From contig OZ024740.1 in assembly GCA_964016885.1 (NCBI GenBank), forward strand, positions 297,972,001 to 298,036,000: DNA of 64,000 bases, given 5' to 3'. Below, piece after piece: positions 36,909 through 50,802 of the stretch. The notes under the pieces were generated by a model. It worked only from the letters and a program-made list of their open reading frames with translations, was not told where the DNA came from and did no database searches. Every line of letters starts with the position of its first letter. Position 1 is the first letter of the stretch. Position numbers and translations under genes: made by a program. This DNA comes from Eledone cirrhosa (lineage: Eukaryota).

Positions 36909-37244
36909 ATCTAGAGTTTCTCAGAGAACATCGTATTAGCCTGTCTATCTGTCTTAAACTATACCAATTTTAGAGTATTCCATATTCACTCAAATCCTCA
37001 GACAGCACCTAATAAACATGATATAATTTTCCGTAATAAAAATGGCATGTCTGTTAATTATCGACATAGAAATATTTAGTGGCTTTATTGCTTGGCAGAA
37101 GTGAGTTGTAAATATTGTTAATCATTCTCAAAAACCTTTTATTTATCTTAAGTACTTGTAAGTATGTGTTCCAAAGAATACTAAATTCGTTTTAATGTAA
37201 TAAAAAAAAACCCTTGATGCACCCCTTAAACCATTAATAATGGT

Positions 37245-37432
37245 AATAATTGTTTCTACTTTTGGCACAAGGCCAGCAATTATCCAGTGCATTACTGGTA
37301 CTTTATTTTATCTACCCCGTAAGGATGAAAGGCAAAGTTAACCTTGGCGGGATTTGATCTCAGACCGCAAAGGGACGTAACTATGCTGGAAAGCATGGCG
37401 TCCGACTCTCTACCGATACTGCCAATCCACCG
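37245..37432 (-). mobile_element. CORE-type SINE
   Basis: Full consensus match. Confidence 0.9.
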
Positions 37433-37436
37433 TTAG

Positions 37437-38020
37437 TCTTTCTCTTTTTAGATAGATACATAGATATGACATCGCGCCTTCATAATATCTGTAGGCCTGA
37501 CTGTCTGCATTACGTCATTATGACGCGATCAGTGTGTGTGTGTGTATATATTCTTATGCCAGGGAACGTCTTCACGAACCAAAGTATCGTCTTCCTGTTT
37601 TCCAGATTGATTTTTTTAGTTTAAGAAGATCCCGTTAAGGTTGAAAGCAGCGATTCTTTGCTTAAACATTAATATGTTATTTTAATATAGATATTCGTGT
37701 ACGGATATTTTTGCATACACAAAAACAAAATATAAACAAACAAGGCCAAAGATTACATCAATTAGTCTTAGTGTATGTACTTCATACTGCTTTTAGGTAG
37801 AATATCCCGTTAAGAGTGAAAGCAGTGATTCTTTGCTTAAACTTTAGTCTGTTATTTTAATATATATATAATTATATATTTATGGACAGATATTTTTGCA
37901 TACACAATAACAAAATATAAACAAACGTATTTATTTCACGAGGTTCGATAAGGATAAATATATATCAAATATATAAGAACCCTATAGCAAATCCCGAGCA
38001 ACACCGGGCCATTCTGCTAG
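37437..38020 (+). mobile_element. Non-autonomous Helitron
   Basis: 5' TC...; 3' CCCGAGCAACACCGGG hairpin then CTAG|T; internal duplication 37627-37742 / 37800-37925. Confidence 0.8.
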
Positions 38021-38024
38021 TGAT

Positions 38025-38238
38025 TAATAATTGTTTCTACTTTAGGCACAAAGCCAGTAATTTGAAGGGAAGGAAAAAGTCGATTAAATCAACCCCAGTG
38101 CATTACTGGTGCTTTATTTTATCGACTCTGTAAAGATGAAAGGCAAAGCTAACCTCGGCGGTATTTGAACTTAAAACGTAAAGGGTCATAACTCTATACT
38201 GCAACACATGGTGTCTGACGCTTTACCGATACTGTCAA
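38025..38238 (-). mobile_element. CORE-type SINE
   Basis: Consensus match. Confidence 0.85.
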
Positions 38239-39620
38239 GGGCCATGTTCAGTGACTGCTTGGTGTCGTGTGAAGTACCACATGAAATACCACAATGGTTC
38301 ACAAAAGGTAGAAGGGTTCTAATAATGGAAGACCAAGCCAAGGGAAATGACGTTACTAACTATAGGCCTGTCACATGTCCTTCATGTGAAAATTGCTAAC
38401 AAGCATTATGTCTGAGGAAATCTAACCACCACCTCGACATTAACAACTTATTGCCGGAGGAACAGAAATGATGCCGAAAGAAGTCCCGTGGTAGAAAGGA
38501 CCAGTTACTTATTGATAAGATGATAATAAGGAACTGCAGGAGGAGGCATACTGGTCGTTCCATGGCATGGATAGATTTACAAGAAGGCATTCTACAGGGT
38601 TCCTCATTCTTGGATAACCAAATGTCTAGAAATCCTCAATGTAGCGGACATTATCAGACTGCTATTAAGTAATAGCATGAAGAACTGGGAGTTAACATCA
38701 GGGAGCGAATCCTTGGGAGGCGTGAAGATCAAGAGAGATATCCTCCAAGGAGATAGTTTGTCCCTTTATTGTTTATCCTTACCCTCATACCCTTGCCCAT
38801 ATATTGCGAAGAGGGAGAGCAGGGTACGAATGGAAAGAGGAGAGCTCACCATCAACTACCTCCTCTTCATGGACGAATTAAAGCTCTTCGGGAAGAGCGA
38901 GGAGCTGAATGTACTTGTTGACACTGTCCGTATTTTCAGCAATGATATATGTATGGAATTTGGTGTTAATAAGTGTGGAGTCCTAGTGATGAGGAGGAGT
39001 AAATTGAACAGAAGCTACGGAATCAAGATATCAATGGGTGAAGTGATAAAGATCGACACCGAATAGGGATACAGGTATTTGGGTGTTCTTGAGGCAGATA
39101 ACACCAAGGACAATAAAATGAAGGAATTAATAAGATCTGAATACATAAGGAGAGTAAGGAACATATTAAAATCAGAGCTGAATAGTAGAAGTGCAATAAG
39201 TGCAGCAAATTCCTGCCAAGGTTAACTTTGCTTTTCATCCTTACGGGGTCGATAAAATAAAGTACCAGTAATACACTGGGTAATTGCTGGCCTTGTGCCT
39301 AACGTAGAAACAATTATTAGGTACAGTGCGGGTATTCTTAAATTGAATGTAAACTAGCAAAAAGAACTGGATAGAAAGACAAGGAAATTAATGACCACCT
39401 ACAGTATGTTTCATAAAAAGAGCGATGTTGATAGACTGTATTTAAGGAGATCTGGAGGTGGAAGAGGTCAAATCAGGATACAAACGGACAAAGAATTAGA
39501 ACACAATAGGCCTGACCTGGTTTTGACAAGGAAAAAGATCTTGTTTGATTATAGATGTGGCTTGCCCTTTTGACACAAAAGTGCAGGAAAAGGAGAAGTA
39601 AATTAACCGACACCAGGATT
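38238..39620 (+). mobile_element. R4/Dong-like non-LTR retrotransposon fragment A (RT plus deleted RLE), interrupted by a SINE at about 39205-39318
   Basis: PQWFTKGRRVLI..KGN..NYRPVTC; ILQGDSLS; LLFMDELKLF; MEFGVNKC; DVDRLYLRRSGGGRG; HNRPDLV. Confidence 0.85.
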
Positions 39621-39624
39621 TTAA

Positions 39625-42000
39625 TTGTTAAAAAATAATGCAAAACAATTCTTTCGCAATTTGGAAAGAAACAATAGGAAGGATGGTATCCTTACTGCTG
39701 ATAAAGCCAATGAGTTCTGGAATGGGATATGGGGAAACAGTTTGAGGCATAGAAAGGAGATCAGGTGAATAGAGACCATCAAGACAGAATTGCGAGGAGA
39801 AAATATACAATAAACACAGGTGATGTGAAGGATCAATTAGCCAAGATACCAAACTGGAAAGCCCCCGGACCAGATGAGATCCATAGCTTTTGGTTGAAAA
39901 GATGCAATGTAATACATGAAAGACTGACAACACAGTTGAATGAATGTATCCAGAGAGGTGCAGTCCCAACCTGGATGGTTACAGGGAGGACAATGCTTGT
40001 GATAAAAGATAGAAGTAAGGGGAATGCTGTAGGAAACTAAAACCCTACAGCATGCCTAAACATAATATGGAAAGTTCTCACTTGGATATTTGCGGGGAAG
40101 ACATATGCTTTTCTGTCACATGGAATACTACCAAGGGGGAAAAAAGATGTCCCAGAGTACCAAGAATCAGCTGGTTGTTGATAAGACAATTTTGAGACAT
40201 TGTAAGAAACATCACACAAACGTGTCTAAGGCCTGGGTTGACTTTAAGAAGGCATATGATATGGTGCCCCATTCGTGGATTTGTGAACACCTGTGGATGT
40301 TTGGTATTGTTGACCACATCGCAAAGTTGATGTTGAATAGTATGCCAGAGTGGAAAACCAAGTTCTACTCAAGCAATGACTTTTTGAGAGAAGTAGAAAT
40401 TAAAAAAAGGTATTTTCCAACTGGACTCATTCCCACCGTTACTATTTGTTATAGCACTGATACATATAACACTCACTCTTAGGAAAATAAAACTGGGCTA
40501 CGAATGTGGAAAGCAACGGCCATTCATAAACCACCTTTTGTTTATGGATGACCTTAAACCGTTTGGAGAGTCTGAAAACCAAACAAGCTCATTGGTTAAA
40601 ACAGTCCAAATATTTAGTTTTTATATCGGTTTGGAATTGGGATTTCCAAATGCTCTGTACTCAACATGAAAAGAGGGAAGAAAGCAGCTTGTGGTGGAGT
40701 ACGACTGCCAACGAGAAAAACCTGGCAGAACCAGAAGAGGGTTATAAATATTTGGGGATCTTAGAGCTAGATGATATTTTGCATGCAGAAATGAAAGAAA
40801 AGGTTAGAGGGATATATTTAAGAAGAGAAATGCTAGAAATCCGGTCACTCCAATTGATATCTGGGCAATTGCAGTGGTTAGATATAGTGCATCCATTCTC
40901 AGATGGACTGATGAAAAAATATCAAAATTCGATTGAAAGACGAGAAGGTTAATGACATTATATGGAGCTTTACATCCTAAAGCAAATATTAATAGACTAT
41001 ATATATATATAAAAAGAATGGCGGCAAATGCCTCATCAGTGTGAATCATTGTATAAGAGTGAAAGGAGGACGCTTGCAGAATATTTTGTAAATAGTGGTG
41101 AAGAGTTGTTGCAATATGCAGCAGAAGATATGGGTATAAATGCTGTAGAAATGGTTAGAAAAAAAAAGAGTTTAACCAAAGAGCTGAAGGGAAAAGAAAA
41201 GAAGATATAGGAATGCGAATGCATGGTCAATATGAAAGCAATACACAGGATATCAAGAATAAAACAATGTGGTGGACATGGCTTAAGCAATGCAATTTGA
41301 AAAGTGCCACTGAAAGCCTTTTAGTTGCAGTACAAGACCAAGGTTCGTTACCAATTCGGTGAAGTATAACATCTACAAAACTTCTGACACCCAAAAATGC
41401 AGGCTCTGTGGAATATGGAAAATGTAGCCCACCTGCGTAAAAAAAATACAAGCACCGCCATGATAAAGTGTGTCTTTATCATGACTTCTTTATCATGTCT
41501 TCATTGGCTTCTGTGTCGTAAATACCAATATAAAGTCATATAGAATTGGTATGAGTATGTGCCTTGTAAAGTAATGCAGGAGGATGGGGAAGCAATGATA
41601 TTTTGGGATTATGATTTTCAAACTGAAAGAGAAATTGAGCATTACCGGCCGGACATTATCGTACTGAACAAGAAAGACAAATGCTGTCAGATCATCGACG
41701 TGACCATACCAAATGAAACTAATATTGCAATTAAGTATTCTGAATAGTAAGTGGAGCTGGCAAGATTATTTAGAATGCAAGAGGGGAATGTGAAAGTAAT
41801 ACCAGTTGTGATCGGACCATTAGGGTCAATCCCATTAAAACTTCAACACTTCTTAAAGTGACTGGGAATACCATACAGGTTAGATGTCATACAAAAGGCG
41901 GCTTTGCTAGATACTGCGCACATTTTGAGGAAAGTATTATTTGTCTGAGATTCTTGTAGTGGCTTGACAGATGACCCCGATGCATTATTCATCTGAACTG
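39625..42000 (+). mobile_element. R4/Dong-like element B, decayed RT + CCHC + restriction-like endonuclease
   Basis: NWKAPGPDEIHSFWLK; AWVDFKKAYDMVPHSWI; NHLLFMDDLK; YKYLGILE; CRLC; RHDKV; WDYDFQTEREIEHYRPDII..IIDVTIP; IPVVIGPLGSI. Confidence 0.9.
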
Positions 42001-42012
42001 CTTGACAGAGCG

Positions 42013-42029
42013 ATAATAGTAGTAGTAAT

Positions 42030-42061
<32 letters not shown>

Positions 42062-42076
42062 CAGTAGTAGTAGTAT

Positions 42077-42129
<53 letters not shown>

Positions 42130-42130
42130 A
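42013..42130. repeat. (TAG)n/(CAG)n tail
   Basis: Direct reading; lies immediately 3' of Dong element B. Confidence 0.95.
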
Positions 42131-42199
42131 TGGTTTCTGATCGAGGAACAAGGCCAGCAATTTTGGGGGAGAGGAAAGTCGATTAAAAATAATACCTTG

Positions 42200-42942
42200 A
42201 ATACATTGAAAGAAAAAAAATGTATTATTAATGCTTGAGTGAAATGCCTGAGACAGTTCACAAAGATAAAAACAGGGAATGGACTAGGAAAACGACTTAA
42301 AAGTTGAAACTGAGGCCCTTATTTTTGCAGCTCTGGAACAGGGACTGTAAACGAACTATATCAAGTTCAATATTGAAAGAGTACAAGAGAAGGCACGACA
42401 ACATTGTCAGATTGGTTCATTGGAAGCTGTTAGAAGTATGACATGAGCAGAAGTGAGAAATGGGATGAGCAACAACTGGAAAAGGTTTCTGAAAACAAAC
42501 AATATAAGATCTTGTGGGTCATGACCATCCAGTGCGACCATTTTATCGTGCCTGACATTGTTGTCGTAAAAAAGAAGAATAACAAGGCTTGTATTGTGGA
42601 TATTGTTTCACCGTGGGACCACAGGGTGGATGAGAAGGAAAGTGAGAAAGTTGAGATAACCCGGGGCTGAAGAGGGAAATCTTTGTGGTTGGCGCACTAG
42701 GAGCAGTTAGTAAAAGGTTGGATGCATGGCTTTAGAAGCTAGGAATTACCATCAGGACATGATTGTCGTAGAAAACAGCCTTGCTAGGAATAGCAAGGAT
42801 TCTAATGAGGGTGTTAAAAGTTGGAGAAGGAATGACCCAATGGACCTTTGGTCATTGGCTCCTTCTTTTGGTATTGTGTTGGTATAACATCTGCCAGAGC
42901 AAAAGCGTTACGAATGATAATAATATAATAATAATATAAATA
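42200..42942 (+). mobile_element. R4/Dong-like 3' fragment C with a (TAA)n tail
   Basis: LKVETEALIFAA.EQ; KILW.MTIQCDH..PDIVVV..IVDIVSPWD; VGALGAVS; KTALLGIARIL; TAA repeats at 42918-42942. Confidence 0.85.
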
Positions 42943-43034
42943 ATTGTTTCTACTTTAGGCACATTACTGGTACTTTATTTTACAGTGTATTACTGGTACT
43001 TTATTTTATCGACCCCGTAAGGATGAAAGGCAAT

Positions 43035-43600
43035 GATAATGGTTTCTTTATTGGCCACAAGGGCTAACATGAAGAAACATTACAGGAATATGATGATGAT
43101 TTTTTTTTATTAACCACAAGGGTTTACATAAAGATAGAGTACGCTACAGGACAATACAATGTGGGATTACATGAAAACGTGTAACAGGGGAAATAATAGA
43201 AACAAAACAAAATGGGTAACAATAATATGAAACAAAGAAAATTCCTAAATAGGGGAGACATCAGAGGCTACTCGCGGGAAAAGAAAACCCACTATCATCC
43301 TGATCACTAAGGCAAGTGCCTTGACCCCGATATCTTTGTAGAATCTATATGTGCATACTCAAAGCAGGACCTTTCACTTGGACCATTTTCATTCACTTTT
43401 CAACAAATTTTCAGCATTTCCCTCTCCTCCCTCAATTTCCTTTCGTCCAAGAAGAAATTGTATGTCTTCAACGCTTTCAATCACTACAGAAATCACTCGC
43501 TTGGTAGTGCGAATCGGGAACACTGCCGGTTCGAGATAAAATCTACAGGCACGGATGTGCGGTCAGGCGAACTTGTCCGAGTTGTGCGCAGAGCGACGAA
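43035..43600 (-). mobile_element. Diverged Tx1/L1-like 3' fragment
   Basis: Terminal TTATTGGCCACAAGGG motif (twice) and decayed similarity to 24630-25135. Confidence 0.5.
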
Positions 43601-43762
43601 ACCGTTATTATTATTATTTTTTTTTTTTTTCCTTTTCCTTCAGTATTGTTTCTGATATATACTGAGTGTCTTCCTGACACCTAGGGCAAATAAATTCACT
43701 ATAAGCCAGTTAACACACCACATTGATTATAATTTACAGCTTAAATCATTATTTCTTTTAAA

Positions 43763-44010
43763 GGCGGAGGATTGACAGTATTAGTAGAGGGTTGAACGCC
43801 ATGCTTTGCAGCTTAGAGTCCCATGACTCTATGCTGCAAAGCATTAGTCATGGGACTCTATTCTGTGTTCAAATCCCACCGAGGTTAGCCTTTCATCCTT
43901 ACGAGATCTATAAAATAGAGTACCAGTAATGCACTAGGGTCGATTTAATCGACTTTCCCCTCCCCCAAAATTGTTGGCCTTGTCCCTAAATCAGAAACCA
44001 TTATTATTAT
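43763..44010 (+). mobile_element. CORE-type SINE with an internal fold-back
   Basis: Consensus match; ATGCTTTGCAGC...GCTGCAAAGCAT and AGAGTCCCATGACT...AGTCATGGGACTCT inversions. Confidence 0.8.
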
Positions 44011-44447
44011 TCCTTTGACGGTTTCAGGTGAGTTTCTATTATATCACCATGTACACCTACATGTTCTGAGGTATGTGCAGCACTGTGTTGTTATTTTTGA
44101 AGCGGGGGGTTGGGTGTACTATACATTGTTGTTTGCATTAGTCTTGTTTTGTTATGGGGCTTAACCTGTTGCTCGTGTTATTTTAGTGTTTGTTCTGTTA
44201 TGTGTAATATGAGTTATTTGACAATGTATTAATTGTATAAAGTATATGTTATGGGGGTTGTGTTATTTCATTTGGTGTTTATAGTATAGGGTATGTTGTA
44301 TGTGGAAGTCGTTTTGTTTGATCTGTGCTACTGAATTGATGGTGTTGTGGGCAGGATATGGGTTGATCCAAGCAGAGTTGTTTATGGACACTGTGTAGCG
44401 TTTTCAGTCATTTCATATTTTTGTTCATATTATTTTATCATACCAGA

Positions 44448-45278
44448 GCGGTGGTTTGGAAGTATCGGTAGAGTGTCAGACACCATGCTTTGCAGCATAG
44501 AGTTATGGCCCTCTAGGTTCTAAGTTCAAATCCCGCCAGGTTAACTTTGCCTTTCAGGGCGGTGGATTGGCAGAATCGGTAGAGCATCAGACGCTATGCT
44601 TTGCAACATGGAGTTACGACCCTTTGCGTTCTGAATTCAAATCCCGCCAAGTTAACTTTGCCTTTCATCCTTACGGGGTCGATAAAATAAAACACCAATA
44701 ATGCACTGGGGTAATTGCTGGCCTTGTGCCAAACGTAGAAACATTATTTTGAATTGGCAGTATCGGTAGAGGGTCGGACATGCTTTCCAGCATAGTTACG
44801 TCCCTTTACGATCTGAGTTCAAATCCCGCCGAGTTTAACTTTGCCTTTCATCCTTACGAGGTCTATAAAATAAAGCACCAGCAATGTACTGGGTAATTGC
44901 TGGCCTTGTGCCAAAAGTAGAAACAATTATTTTATTATACCTAAAGGCGGTGGATTGGCAATATCGGTATGTGAACATGTCTCCGCTCGTTTCGATAGAT
45001 TCCTGATTGTTTTTACCATTTCATGATTATTTCTTCTTCGGATTATTTATAATGAGGATTAAGGGATTGGCAGTATAGGTAGAGCGTCGGACTCCATGCT
45101 TCGCGGCATAGAGTTACGGCCCTTTACATTCTGCGTTCAAATTGCGCCGAGGCTAGCTTAGCCTTTCATCCTTACGAGGTCGATAAAATAAAGTACCAGT
45201 AATGCACTGGCATCGATTTAATCGACTTTCCCCTACCGCCAAATTGCTGCCTTGTGCCTAAATCAGAAATTATTATTA
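44448..45278 (+). mobile_element. Cluster of five co-oriented CORE-SINE copies or heads
   Basis: Heads at about 44448, 44558, 44751, 44946 and 45064. Confidence 0.9.
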
Positions 45279-46023
45279 GTTGCAGTAGTAGTAGCAGCAG
45301 CAACAGTAGTAGTAGTAGTAATAGTAGTAGTAGGCTTCGATGGAAGTAGTAGTAGTAGTAGCGTGCTTCGACGGAAGCAGCAGCAGTAGTAGTAGTAGTA
45401 GTAGTAGTATCTGTGTAAGTTTATATTTCCTGCGCTAAGATATTGAAATGCGAAACAAATACAGATCCTCTTACGTTTGACGTAAGTCTATTGTATATCG
45501 TCTGCTTTCAAACAGTTTCTTTTTTACTCTAATATTTGGATTCCAACAACAAAAGAACAGTGGCTTGTTTATTTTATATATTTAACAAGGAATCCGTTCT
45601 TTCATCTACTCTCTTCAACTTCTGCCTTGCCAACTTTTCCACACCCTACAAAACAGTTTCATAACGCAGGTGACATTACACTCATACCCTTCCATCTGTC
45701 TCTTTAGAGAAGATTTCTCCCAAGGGATCGATATTGATCCCTTGTAGTCAAGGGTACTACACAAGCTTTCGTCGAACTTTGGGGCTAAAATCTGACATTT
45801 CTATAAGAAATGAAAATACTTAAAACAAAACATTAAAATAGATATTGGTTATACAGCTTTCAGTCTTTATTGTTTGTTTATTTTATATTCTGATTTATTT
45901 CCTTATTTATTTGTACATGCTAGGGGGTCGATGAGAGGTCAAGGATTGCCTGAAAGGGTTGATGCTCTATGAATTTTGGAGGATCCTGCTCAAGATTCTG
46001 CTGCTCAATTTCTCCAACTTGAT

Positions 46024-46258
46024 TTAACCCTTTCCTACGAAATCACCTGAAACCGCCCATAGCTTCTACGATGCTAAAATATTTATATTTATCTGAAGTC
46101 TTCCATTATAATTGTATATAAGAATCTTTAATACATATTCAAAACACTAGCTTAATAATGAGAAATTTAGTTACACTACTAAATCATTCTAACTTGCCAA
46201 TTATTTTTTTTTATTTTATTTGAAAATAATTGGTAATGTTTTATAATGCAAAGGTTAA
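46024..46258. mobile_element. Possible piggyBac-type MITE
   Basis: TTAA-CCCTTT ... AAAGG-TTAA ends. Confidence 0.45.
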
Positions 46259-47476
46259 ATCATTTACAAACTTGTTTTTAAAAACTTGAAATAGAATCTA
46301 CTACATTCATTTCCTTACTAGCCACAACTAACAGAATGTTGTTGTTTACTGGAAATATAAAACAACAAACCATCACATGTAACAATATAAACACATGCAC
46401 AAAACAAAATACTAGGAGTTAAATACAATGTTTTCACAACATTAATGAAAAACGTAGAAGACATACTAAAGAAAGAGAAATAATGCAGAAACAGAACAAT
46501 CACAGGTACAACATGTGGCCAGCAGAAGAAAAAAAAAACAACAATTACAATGATGTACGAATAATTCTTTAAATACATCGTGGACAACGTCAGTCATACC
46601 TGAATCTACCATGTCCCCATAAAAATCACAAACTATAGAGAAGCAGGGTTTATTTTTAGGAAATTTTAGAACTGCTCAAAACATTGGACCAAGTACCGTG
46701 ATCCAGTGTTGGCTATTCTCTGAATCTGAGAAGCATTTGTACTAACTAGTTTTAATATTCTATGAGTGCTTCAAGTTTTTAACCATCATATTCCATTTAA
46801 GGACATATATATGTTTGTCACAAAAAGTAAACTTACTGTACAAAATTAGATTTAGAACTATACAAGCAGAGAACAAATGTTCACAGACCACTAATACAAA
46901 CCAAAGATTAAAGACCACGAAGACATAAGTGTGGTATAGTTTATTGCTGCAACAAGTTTCAATTCCCACAATGTGAAAAACCACCCTAAACATTCAAACA
47001 TCATAATATAATAAAGGGAGGAATGTGGGACTGCGTCCTGAATATATATTTTTTTATCCCGTTAGTAAAATAAGTTAGATTACTTTGAATAAATAATTGT
47101 TTCTGAATGAATATTACATAACTTTTCTACTAAATTTCGTAGGTGTTGATTAAACATAAATATTTTTATATACAATGATTGCTTATTTTAAGATTCATTT
47201 CTATAAAAATTTTCAAATATCTTCACTTCCGGTGAGCGTCCGTTATATCAGAACACTTATTACAACGTTCATATATTTGCATCGTTATATAAGGTTTATA
47301 TTTCGGTCGCTAATTTTCTCCTTTTTCATTTTCATTACGTTTCACCGTAATGCATTTTATATATAATATTGTCTTTCTTAAATGTATCATGGATTACTTT
47401 ACTGATTACGGAAGAGAGTGTAACACAGTCTCTCTTCAATTTCTGTGCACATTGTCAATTACGATTTTATCTTATA

Positions 47477-48110
47477 CTAGCAGTGGTACCCGGCGTTGCA
47501 CGGGATAAGGTATTTTGAAACGCGGGCCGCCAACAGACCTAATCGTGGAAAAACTGCATGCCTGGACAATATGTAAAAGAAATAAACCGAATACTCTGAT
47601 GGCTGGATAATTTTTAAGATTTTCCTTGATGAAGCAGGAAAAATGCAGGTTTTCACCTAGGGGATCAAGAAAATGAATTTTTTTTATGTGCATAATATGC
47701 CTTGAAATTTCGGGAAAATCGTAACGCCTCAAAGAAGCCCTAAAAAGCTGAAAAAAGGAAGTTTTTCACCTAATGCGGGCCCTAGGCCATAAAAAAGTTG
47801 GATTTTTTGGGCTCACGGTATGAAGAAGAGACTGACTAATACATAGTTACAATTTCAAGGAAATCGGTCTGACGTAACGCCTCGAAAAAACCCTAAAACC
47901 TGAAAAACCGCAGTTTTTCCCCTAATGCAGGCCCTAGGGGATCAAACAGTTGAATTTTATCTGCATAACACTCCCTGAAACATAAGTAATACACATGTAA
48001 AGTTTGAAAAAAATCGGTTGGGTACTTCTCGAGTTTTAGGGATTCAAACTCACACACACACATCCTCAGGGAAGTGACGTAATGCAGACAGCCAGACATA
48101 CAGACAGCTA
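47477..48110 (-). mobile_element. Non-autonomous Helitron, 5'-truncated
   Basis: Minus 3' end CCCGTGCAACGCCGGG...CTAG|T. TAATGCAGACAGCCAGACATACAGA is shared with 546-570. Confidence 0.75.
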
Positions 48111-48149
48111 AAACTGTCTCTCCGCATTTCTCATGGACAAGTATATTTT

Positions 48150-48482
48150 GAACCTCCGTCATTTTCGACGACGTGTGCTCCAGTCGATTCAATGAACAGA
48201 ACTACCTGCTAATGAAATTAACGTGTAAGTGGCCGAGCATTGCATAGACACGTGTAGCCTTAACGTATGTCTCAGCATAATTCAGTGTCTCTCCGTGTGT
48301 GTCACTATGTGACAAGGCTAGCTCTTTAAGATTTCAGGTAATCTCATTTTTGCTAGCTGAGTGGACTAGAACTACATGAAATAAAGTGTCTTGCTCAAGG
48401 ACACAACGCATTGCCAGGAATCGAAGCAATGGTCGTACGATCTTGAGCCCGAACACACTAACCCCAAAGTCACGCACCTTCA
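48150..48482 (-). mobile_element. Old tRNA-SINE (second family)
   Basis: Reverse complement of the 32140-32440 family (GTGTCTTGCTCAAGGACACAACGC...GGAATCGAA). Confidence 0.7.
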
Positions 48483-48718
48483 CTACAAAAGAGACAATAG
48501 ATAACAAGATAAATGTATAAAGATAATATAATAATCTTATAAGAAGAGAATAGAATAAATAAATAGTAAACTATATAAAAGAAGTCGTTGACCGAAATAT
48601 AATAACAATATAAAACTTGAGGAAATGAAGAGAAGCTCAACCGTTAGAAAATACAAACATTAAAACTTTTCAGGTTGATAAAGGTGACTCCAAAAACGTC
48701 ATATATACCCCACACATA

Positions 48719-48788
<70 letters not shown>

Positions 48789-49013
48789 TCTCTCCCTCTC
48801 ATTCTCTCCTCTCCCACTCTTCCGTTCTCTCGCTCTCTCTCCCTCCTTGTCTATCTCCCCTTCTCTTTCTCCCCTCTCTCTATATATCTCCCTCCCTCAC
48901 TTGCTCTCCTCTTTCTCTCCCCCGCGAACATATACATATATGTGTGTGTGTGTGGGAGTGTATGAAATTTGAAACGTAGTCGTCCCAATGTAATTGACTA
49001 TAACAATAGTCGC

Positions 49014-49070
<57 letters not shown>

Positions 49071-49121
49071 TAATAAAATAATGAATAAACAAAGAAACAG
49101 TTCCTTATATTAAAAAAAATT

Positions 49122-49263
49122 CATCATTTTACGATCGTTTCTAGGATATATATGTGTGTTAGAGTTGGTATGCATATTCTAAAGATCTATGTACAATATT
49201 TATACAAACTATCAGAGGGAATATACATACCTACACATATATATGTTGTCTTCAGAAATAATG
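49122..49263 (-). ncRNA. Type I hammerhead with a ~107-nt stem II domain
   Basis: Minus: CATTATTT-CTGAAGA-...-GAAAC-GATC-GTA-AAATGATG. Confidence 0.75.
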
Positions 49264-49913
49264 ATATTTGTTTATTGAAAAAAACAAAGATTCAATACAA
49301 TGGGTCTGTTTGGCAACAGGTTTTGAATTGACCAATAGAGAGATAGTGAGGGTCAAGATAGTAATATAGTAGTAGAAGAACCTTAAATTATGGGTAGAGG
49401 AAGGTAGATTTCAGTTTTGGATGGAAAAGAATATTATGAATGAAGGATTATTTTAGGGAAGAAATAGGTCTTATGCTGACTTCAGAAATAATTTTATTTG
49501 TTCATTGAATAAAACCAACAAAGATCTAATATATTCTGTCTGTTTGGTAAGAGGTTTAGAATTAACCAATAGAAAGTTAATAATTGGCCAAATGGTAAAA
49601 TAGTAGTAATTGAAGCTTATTTTAGGGGTGAAATTAGGTCAGGTGGTCAGTAAAAGGTATACAAGCAGTTGCTGTTATAAAATAGTAATGCCAATACAAA
49701 TATCTAAGGTGACTAAAGTTTTACGATAAGAATGTTAGTGAAAAAAATACATCTATGAAAAGAATATAAATTAATTTAATTGATGGGTATATTTATATTG
49801 ATAAAAATTATACTAATACATATAGATATGATAAATAAGAGTTAGATGCAGTTGAAAAGTGCTGTTAAAGATGAGGGGAAATTAAAAGAATATAAAAATA
49901 ATATATATATATA

Positions 49914-49989
<76 letters not shown>

Positions 49990-50026
49990 CACACACACAT
50001 ATACACACATATATATATATTTATAT

Positions 50027-50081
<55 letters not shown>

Positions 50082-50374
50082 TGCATATATACATACATAC
50101 ATATATATACACACATACATACTTACATATACATATAATTATTGGGGGGGGGATTAAATTTATTAGTGAGAAATAATAAATATATATAGTTTTCAAGGAA
50201 CATAGAGTCATAACCTGAAGTTAAAGCATTATATATGTTTACTTAATGGTATCAGTTTTAGGAAATGATAGTTGTAAGAAGGAAAGCAAAATTATGTAGT
50301 TCATCAGTAGTAGAATATTAATTATAGGTTAACTAAATTAAAAATAGTTTATATATTAATTTCTAAAGTGTATA

Positions 50375-50802
50375 TTAATTAGGTTTATAATATTTAAAGG
50401 TTTTTCTCAGTTTATGATTACACGATATTATTAATTCCTGTCGCTTATTTAATAGGATATCCTTAGATTTAATTATTTCAAAAAGTTCTTGGGAACATAA
50501 TATACATTCATATCTACTATTTTGATAAGGGGTGGCCCTTTTGAGCACACTCCAGGTCAGGTCATAATCTATATTCCTCTTTCTATAACTATTAATTATT
50601 TCAGCTAGAGATGTTGTATTAGCTAGTGCGGCATTTTTAAAACTATGTTTGTGGGTATTAAATCTTACCTTAAATTTGTTAGTGGTAGCTCCTATATATG
50701 AATAAATTGAGTCCTTAGTGTTAACTTTACATTTATATACTATGTTATTAACAAGGCAATTTCCTTTTAATGGACAGTTTGCCTTGTTTCTACAGTTACA
50801 AA
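50375..50802 (-). pseudogene. PLE GIY-YIG endonuclease remnant
   Basis: CNCRNKANCPLKGKCLVNNIVYKCKV..YIGATTNKFKVRFNTHKHSF...CILCSQE..LLNKRQELIISCNHK; frameshifted. Confidence 0.88.

Noticed and set aside
38238-42000. Intact, active LINE ORF
   Set aside because: Many stops, frameshifts, internal deletions and a SINE insertion.
45700-45990. Possible hAT MITE with palindrome CAAGGGATCGATATTGATCCCTTG
   Set aside because: TIRs and TSD are too degraded to define.
47220-47350. ETS-like CACTTCCGGT as a host promoter
   Set aside because: A single short motif with no supporting exon or CpG context.
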